From an uncultured bacterium (GTDB taxonomy: Bacteria; Abyssobacteria; SURF-5), in NCBI GenBank assembly GCA_964607485.1, contig CAZSKP010000001.1:128001-192000 (forward strand): a stretch of DNA of 64,000 nt. Reading direction: 5' to 3'. Of the stretch, positions 58,715 to 64,000 are shown one piece after another. The stretch's first letter is position 1. Each line of letters opens with the position of its first letter. The translations under genes were made by a program, and so were the position numbers. The notes under the pieces were generated by a model. The model was not told the origin of the DNA, ran no database searches, and saw nothing but the letters and a program-made list of their open reading frames with translations.

Positions 58715-59659
58715 TCAGCGAGGCGGCGGAGGCGCTACCTTTCGTCGAACGATCATGCCGGGCTCGATCTTGTCCAATCCGTACAGTATCAGCGCCCGGC
58801 TGACCGTATCGTACACTTTTGTGACGCTGACTTCGCCGACCTTGTCCTCTATCACGTGCCCGCCGGGCAGCTCTTCCTTGACGATGACTGCGAACACTTC
58901 GCCCACGAATACGGAATCGGCCATGCCCATGTCGAAGAAGACCTCATCGCCCGTTCTCTTCAGGATCGTCGGCACGAAGAGCTTGGTCTTGGCGTTGCGG
59001 ACGGCGTCGTTTATCGCGATGTCTATCGCTTCGCCGATAGCACCGCGGTTGAGCTGCCCCCATGCGATGCCGCGCGGATTGTATATGTCGAAGCCGACTC
59101 CGCTGCCGTTACGGTGGCCGGCGCCCTCGGCGATTATCTGTTCGCCCGTCTCGACGTTGATAAACGAGACCGCCACGCCGACGTCAACCTGGAAACTTGT
59201 CATGCCGAACCCGTCGGCGCCGTGGTTGCCCGTGATGGCGCCGATCAGCCCGCCGATGGGCAAGGCGTTTTGGATGAAGTTGAACTGATGAAGATTGCCG
59301 ACGACGAGGTAATCAATTCCCAGCAGCTTGCCGACCTCTTTGGCGGTCGAGGGGTCCACGAGCCCGCTCAGTTCCAGGTGTTGTTCCCTCATGACGTCTT
59401 CCAGGCGGAGCCTATCGACTATCGTGAATCTCTGAGTCCTGTCCAGCGCGAGGTTGAGCTTGTCGGCGAGCCCTATGCCGACTTCCAGCGGCTTGCCGGT
59501 CGAGTTCGTGAACCGGGAGACCGCCACGACGGTCCGCTTGGGGCCTTCTTCGGATTCCTGTGCGTTCGCAGATGACGGTCGTTGGAGCGCGAGCGTCAGT
59601 ACGAACACGAAGGCAAACGGCGCCAAATAATTGACAAGCCGATTCGCCGTCCTCTTCAT
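58715..59659 (-). CDS. Exported CsgG/HfaB-like protein with C-terminal FlgT_C-like domain
   Basis: VAVSRFTN, RFTIVDRLRLEDVMREQ.L..SGLVDPSTAKEVGKLLGIDYLVVG, INVETGE; C-terminal VFFDMG...VGEV.VTKV. Confidence 0.82.
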   Translation of the reverse strand: MKRTANRLVNYLAPFAFVFVLTLALQRPSSANAQESEEGPKRTVVAVSRFTNSTGKPLEVGIGLADKLNLALDRTQRFTIVDRLRLEDVMREQHLELSGLVDPSTAKEVGKLLGIDYLVVGNLHQFNFIQNALPIGGLIGAITGNHGADGFGMTSFQVDVGVAVSFINVETGEQIIAEGAGHRNGSGVGFDIYNPRGIAWGQLNRGAIGEAIDIAINDAVRNAKTKLFVPTILKRTGDEVFFDMGMADSVFVGEVFAVIVKEELPGGHVIEDKVGEVSVTKVYDTVSRALILYGLDKIEPGMIVRRKVAPPPPR

Positions 59660-59691
59660 CTGGCATCTCCTCTGATGTTTTTCGCTTCGCC

Positions 59692-60840
59692 TTACTTGGC
59701 GCGCATCTCGACACGGTTTGCCGTGAGGCCGACTATTTCCAGAGTGAACGTCCCGAAGTCGGTTGCCGCCAGTTCCTCGGCGAGGCGCTCGGCGTCGGCC
59801 CGATAGTCAACGTCGAGGACGGCGGACTTGGCCGCGAAGCTGCGCTGTTGTATGTCTTGGACGCCCTTGATTTCTCTCAAAGCTTTCTTGAAGCTGGCGA
59901 GCTGGCTGAAATCGATGTTGTTGATAGTCAATTGCACACTCGCGCCGCCCACGATGTCGGCGCTCCAGCGTTTCGCTATCTGAGCTATCAGGTCGTCGGA
60001 GAGCTGCGAGGCGGCCTGCTGGACGGCCTTCTTGCCGGCGACGGCCTCGGAGATGTCGGCTCCGCTGGCCTGTGCCGTGCCCGCGGCGATTATCTCGGCC
60101 GTGTCGCACCTGATGGCGCGGGCCTCGACGCTGCCCCGTGCCGATTCCATCCTGTAAACTTTCCCGCCGGTCTCGCTGAACGCTTTGCCGACGATGATGA
60201 CCTCCGCTCCGTAGCGCAGGCCTATCTGAGCCGCCGCCGCGTCGTCACCCTGGAGAACGGCCTTCATCTCGTCGCTCTTGCGCACCTTTTCGCTCTGCGA
60301 CTGGTCCACAACTTTGAATTCCTTATCGAGGAACTTCGAGATCATCGTGGTCTCGCTGGCGGGCTGATCGACATAGCTCCACAGGTGCTGTTCGGATATG
60401 ACTATCATGATGCGCGGCTTGTGCTTGGCTTCCTGGAGGATGTTGAGCGCAATCAGGTCTTCCTCTATCGATTCGCTTGAAACGTCGCAGCGGACGTCCA
60501 TCTTGTAGCGGTCGCCGAGCGAGTATTCTGAAAGAATTTCCCACCCCTTGACATAGCCGCGGGCCTTGGTGAAGATGTTGTCGTCTATTACCCGATAGTT
60601 TTGAACAAGTGTGTCGGCGGCGATGAGGGTTCCGACCCCTTGTTCCACCGCTTTTCGGAAGGCGTCGAGCAACGCGGCCTCTTTCGCCGAGTCGACGTTG
60701 CCCTGAATTATGGCCGCCTCTCCCGTTACGGTAATCGTCTCGGCGAAGAGGCGCCCCGATACGAAGACGAGCGACAAGGCCAACGCAACTGCCGCCAGGC
60801 CGCCGCCTTTGCAGAAAAAAATGCGCCCGACCCGTTTCAC
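59692..60840 (-). CDS. Exported FlgT N-terminal-domain protein with CsgG-like middle domain
   Basis: Signal peptide ending LFA; VTGEAAI...AKEAALLDAFRKAVEQGVG...RGYVK (FlgT_N); KPRIMIVI, FKVVD, GAEVIIVGKA, IRCDTAEIIA. Confidence 0.82.
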   Translation of the reverse strand: MKRVGRIFFCKGGGLAAVALALSLVFVSGRLFAETITVTGEAAIIQGNVDSAKEAALLDAFRKAVEQGVGTLIAADTLVQNYRVIDDNIFTKARGYVKGWEILSEYSLGDRYKMDVRCDVSSESIEEDLIALNILQEAKHKPRIMIVISEQHLWSYVDQPASETTMISKFLDKEFKVVDQSQSEKVRKSDEMKAVLQGDDAAAAQIGLRYGAEVIIVGKAFSETGGKVYRMESARGSVEARAIRCDTAEIIAAGTAQASGADISEAVAGKKAVQQAASQLSDDLIAQIAKRWSADIVGGASVQLTINNIDFSQLASFKKALREIKGVQDIQQRSFAAKSAVLDVDYRADAERLAEELAATDFGTFTLEIVGLTANRVEMRAK

Positions 60841-60971
60841 GATACAATTCCTCCCTTTCTTTTGATTGTTTTGGAATTAGACGCTCGTCGGCCGAAAATA
60901 TTCACTCTTTTCCGCCTCTAAGGCCGGTTTCTTCCCGAAGAAACGGGCAACGCAGCTGGTCCGGAAACCTA

Positions 60972-61001
60972 AATATAGCACCATGTTCGGCCCTATGTCA
61001 A
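60972..61001 (-). promoter_or_regulatory. Putative sigma70 promoter of the FlgT/CsgG/FlgP-like operon
   Basis: Minus strand TTGACA (61001-60996), 18 bp, TATATT with extended TG; leader hairpin at 60923-60948. Confidence 0.6.
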
Positions 61002-61777
61002 TTCTGTCGCGCGGGCTTTTTGTCCGCGTCGGGGGCGACTTCGAGGAGGCTGTCGAAGGTGGGCGTGTAGGTGGAGGCGATGTGCTCCGCTTTCTTAATA
61101 AGCAGCTCAGAAGCCAGCGAGCCGACCAGCGTGACCCTGTTGTTGCGGACCTCGACGTGAGCGCCGTATATCCCCGATTCGCGGAGCTCTCTCTGTATTT
61201 CCCGGGCCAAGATGCGTGCGTTGCGCGAGCTGAGGGAGGTGAGATTGATGATGGAAGGATTGTCGCCGACGGTTCGTTCTATCTCATCCATGTCCTCGAG
61301 ATAGAGCACTCTGCCATCGACGAGTATTTTGCCTTTCACCACCTCGATATCTATGCCCTGGATGTGACCGATCTTCTTCTTGAGTTCTTTTACAAACTCA
61401 TCGGGGTCGGCCACGAACACGCGAACCTTGAAAGCGACCTTCTCGCCGTTGTCCATCTGCACGATGACGCTTCCTACGCCGGGCGAGTTGGCGCTCACCA
61501 CCATCTCTTGATTTGCGGAGATGAACGCGTCGGCGACTTCGGGCCGCGTGACGGCTACGTCGAGAACTTTCGCGTCGAAGTGGACCCGCCTCTTCTCGCC
61601 GACCTTTGTCTCGATTGTCTTCTCCTTGGTGATGATGGATTCGACAGCGTCAACGGGGGAGGAAATCTCGGGCGCCTTCTCTTCGGCGGCCAGGCCGGTG
61701 CTCGGCGTCGCTACGGCCAGGCTCACAATCGCAAACAACAGCAGTCTGAGAAACTTATCCATGCCGTTCTGTTTCAT
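60998..61777 (-). CDS. Pilus secretin (CpaC/RcpA) N-terminal-like domain plus BON-like domains, no secretin barrel
   Basis: Signal peptide; VAVTRPEVADA...VSANSPGVGSVIV (T2SS-T3SS_pil_N-like); two BON-like segments (GKILVDG, NRVTLVG); ends at 259 aa. Confidence 0.72.
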   Translation of the reverse strand: MKQNGMDKFLRLLLFAIVSLAVATPSTGLAAEEKAPEISSPVDAVESIITKEKTIETKVGEKRRVHFDAKVLDVAVTRPEVADAFISANQEMVVSANSPGVGSVIVQMDNGEKVAFKVRVFVADPDEFVKELKKKIGHIQGIDIEVVKGKILVDGRVLYLEDMDEIERTVGDNPSIINLTSLSSRNARILAREIQRELRESGIYGAHVEVRNNRVTLVGSLASELLIKKAEHIASTYTPTFDSLLEVAPDADKKPARQN

Positions 61778-61857
61778 CGTTTTCGCTCGGGCCGGGCGGC
61801 TTCCTGCCGATTCAGCCTGAACGGAAAAGAAATCTTTCGGCGCACCGTATCAGCGAT

Positions 61858-62874
61858 TCAGACGCGCTCGCGGAAATGTTCGCCGTAGGGAAAGATGCCG
61901 GGATAGCCGCCGGTGTGCATGAATACGATGTTTTCGTCTTTGCGGAATTTACCCTTCCTGATGAGGTCGATCATGCCCGCCATGGTTTTGCCCGTGTACG
62001 TCGGGTCCAGAAAGATGCCTTCAAGCCGGGCCACGAGTTTGATTGCCTCGATGCATCCGGGCGTGATCTTGCCGTAGGCCTCGCCGTAATAATCGTAATG
62101 CACAATCACGTCGTCGGGCTTTGCGTTCGGCCGTTCTCCGATGAGGTCGCCGATCTCGTTGACGATCACCTCGATGGGTGGCAGGCCGAGTTCTTCGAGA
62201 GAGCCCTCCTTGTTCACCCCGACGCCGTTCACTTTCGTGGGCATGTCGAGGCACTTGACTCCGGCAAGCAGGCCCGCGTGGGTGCCGCCGGTGCCCATGG
62301 CGACGAATATGTGGTCGATCCTGATGCCGTTCTCGCGAGCCTGCTCGAACAGCTCGAGCGCGGCGAGGTAGTACCCCACGTCGCCCAGCGGTGTGGAGCC
62401 TCCGGGCGGGATCATGTACACGCTGCGTCCCTTCTCGGTCAGGTCTTGCACGATGTTGAAAACCGCCAGCCGCATCTCGTCCAGCTTGGACGAATCGCTG
62501 AAGTCGGGCAGGAAGAGGTATTCGCACCCCATGATTTCATCCAGCAGGAGGTTTCCGGTCAGTTCGCCGGACTTGTCTCCGGACAGCACGAGGAGACACT
62601 TGAGACCCAGCTTGCATGCGGCTGCGGCGGTCATGCGGCAGTGGTTGGATTGCAGCGCGCCGAACGTGAGCACTGTGTCGGCCTTGTTCTTGAGCGCGTC
62701 GGCGAGCAGGAATTCGAGCTTGCGCGCCTTGTTCCCGCCCGTGGCCAGGCCGGTCATGTCGTCGCGTTTCATCCATATCTGTGGTCCGCCGAGATGCCTT
62801 GTCAGCGCCGGCAGCGGCTCGAGAGGGGTGGGAAGAAAAGACAGCGGTACTCGGGGAATGTCATCCAGCTTCAT
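61858..62874 (-). CDS. D-cysteine desulfhydrase/cysteate sulfo-lyase family PLP enzyme
   Basis: PTPL, KRDD..GLATGGNKARKLE, QSNH, PPGGS, LDPTYTGK, HTGG; lacks the Glu/Leu pair of ACC deaminase. Confidence 0.92.
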   Translation of the reverse strand: MKLDDIPRVPLSFLPTPLEPLPALTRHLGGPQIWMKRDDMTGLATGGNKARKLEFLLADALKNKADTVLTFGALQSNHCRMTAAAACKLGLKCLLVLSGDKSGELTGNLLLDEIMGCEYLFLPDFSDSSKLDEMRLAVFNIVQDLTEKGRSVYMIPPGGSTPLGDVGYYLAALELFEQARENGIRIDHIFVAMGTGGTHAGLLAGVKCLDMPTKVNGVGVNKEGSLEELGLPPIEVIVNEIGDLIGERPNAKPDDVIVHYDYYGEAYGKITPGCIEAIKLVARLEGIFLDPTYTGKTMAGMIDLIRKGKFRKDENIVFMHTGGYPGIFPYGEHFRERV

Positions 62875-62917
62875 GGAGTTCTCCTCTTTGCATCAGCACG
62901 TCTGCGCCGCGGACCGT

Positions 62918-63412
62918 TCATTTTCTCAGGAGCGCCAGAAGCTTCTCAAGATGTTCTTGTTCTTCACCGATGAGCTCGTTGATGGCGGCTCTCCCCGTCT
63001 TATCTTGCGTGTTCTGGAGGATTTCGTTGTAAAATGAGATCGAGCGCCTTTCGACGGAGATGCCCAGCTTGAGAGCTTCCTGCGGATTGCAGAGTATGTC
63101 CGCAACGAGTTTTGGGTCCTTGAGAATATCCATCACCTTCGAGTCAACGATGTCCGTGAGGGTTTCTTCCTCGTCGAGGACGTTGTGCTTGCGGGCGAGC
63201 TCCTCGACCTTTCTCTCGAACAAGCTGACATGCTTTCGTTCATCCTTGATGAGCATTTCGAGGACTTCGCGGATTTGGGGCTTGAGCGCTTCTTCCTTCA
63301 TCCGGGAGTAATAGTAAACGCCGTCTTCCTCCATTTTCCGGGCGATTCGGTAAGCTTCGAGTTCGTCGAAATCGAATATCTGAATTTCGTCGCCGCTGAA
63401 ATCAACCTTCAT
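62918..63412 (-). CDS. Ferritin-like/rubrerythrin-family diiron protein
   Basis: Two E...ExxH halves (MEEDG...DERKH; VERRS...EEQEH). Confidence 0.88.
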   Translation of the reverse strand: MKVDFSGDEIQIFDFDELEAYRIARKMEEDGVYYYSRMKEEALKPQIREVLEMLIKDERKHVSLFERKVEELARKHNVLDEEETLTDIVDSKVMDILKDPKLVADILCNPQEALKLGISVERRSISFYNEILQNTQDKTGRAAINELIGEEQEHLEKLLALLRK

Positions 63413-63649
63413 CCTGCGCCTCCTTCCCCGCTCATCTGATATGGCGTCGTCGGTGTGAAATCGGGCGAACCTGCTTCATGCCTGGCGTGATGTTTGGACC
63501 AAGGGTGTCGATTCTCCGGGGGATCTGCCTGCATTTTTCGCTTCGGGCGAATCAACGGGCAGACAATTCCTCAATGGCGTCGGTTCGGAATCATTCTAGC
63601 ACAGGGATGGGGAATTGGCAAATTGCGTGCAGGGGCGCGATGGGCGGGA

Positions 63650-64000
63650 TCAGGCTTTCTCGACGGTCTTCTGCAGGATGGCTTGTTCGAATTTTGCCTT
63701 CGTCACCTCGGCGTCTTCGTGAATTATTTGGTAGCCGAGCTCGACAATCGGCATCTTGACACCCATCCTGTTGGCCAGCCGATACAGACTGGCAATCGAG
63801 GCGAATGTCTCGATGGTCTCGTTTCTCTCCGCGAACGCCTGTGCGGCTTTGCGGGCCGGCCGCCTTTGTCCCAGCAGTTTTCCGAACTTGCTCGAACGTC
63901 CTGCCATGGCGGTGGCGTGCAAGTCGGGCCACCAGGCGTGGCTCTCGGTGAACGTTTTCGGGTCCGCTCCGAGGGCGTTTCCGAGGTTTACGATCTCTTC
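63650..64000 (-). CDS. C-terminal part of a divergent NAD(P)H-dependent glycerol-3-phosphate dehydrogenase-like protein (partial)
   Basis: Frame open from the window edge: EEIVNLGNALGADPKTF...PDLHATAMAGRSSKFGKLLG...TIE...GVKMPIVE, matching the GpsA C-domain layout. Confidence 0.72.
   Translation of the reverse strand, partial: EEIVNLGNALGADPKTFTESHAWWPDLHATAMAGRSSKFGKLLGQRRPARKAAQAFAERNETIETFASIASLYRLANRMGVKMPIVELGYQIIHEDAEVTKAKFEQAILQKTVEKA

Noticed and set aside
61858-62874. ACC deaminase call
   Set aside because: Has DPTYT and HTGG rather than the diagnostic DPVYE and HLGG.
63915-63940. Suspected frameshift in the GpsA-like gene
   Set aside because: Re-reading the minus strand gives a continuous frame (HAWWPDLHAT).

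Overview
GC-rich bacterial chromosomal segment from a diderm (lpxK present), probably anaerobic organism (Na+-type V/A-ATPase, 2-oxoacid:ferredoxin oxidoreductase, ferritin-like protein). Left to right: the 3' end of an IS481-family element beside an AT-rich orphan membrane gene; a complete nine-gene V/A-type ATPase operon (minus strand); a mixed accessory block (small Cys/His protein, adenosine deaminase, wecB, DUF3347 protein, methyltransferase, REC-degenerate GGDEF regulator, frameshifted ankyrin gene, secreted CocE/NonD hydrolase); an operon encoding a GltD-like flavoprotein fused to an OFOR delta ferredoxin, divergent OFOR alpha/beta/gamma subunits and a SauT-like acyl-CoA ligase; the dcw cluster (mraZ to ftsZ, no ddl) with an atypical STAS gene between mraZ and rsmH; radical SAM, smpB, tmRNA, amidase, GerMN, YibQ, tsaD, dusB, pilT-like, dprA, lpxK; and a minus-strand envelope operon of FlgT/CsgG/FlgP(LPP20)-like proteins ending in an unannotated 44-aa lipoprotein, preceded by a secretin-less CpaC/RcpA N-domain gene. 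The best candidates for an undescribed system are (i) the non-flagellar FlgT/CsgG/FlgP operon, (ii) the SauT-like ligase plus divergent OFOR operon (possible sulfoacetyl-CoA/sulfopyruvate route) and (iii) the Ser-less STAS protein inside dcw. Family calls come from motif recognition by eye; no database searches were run.
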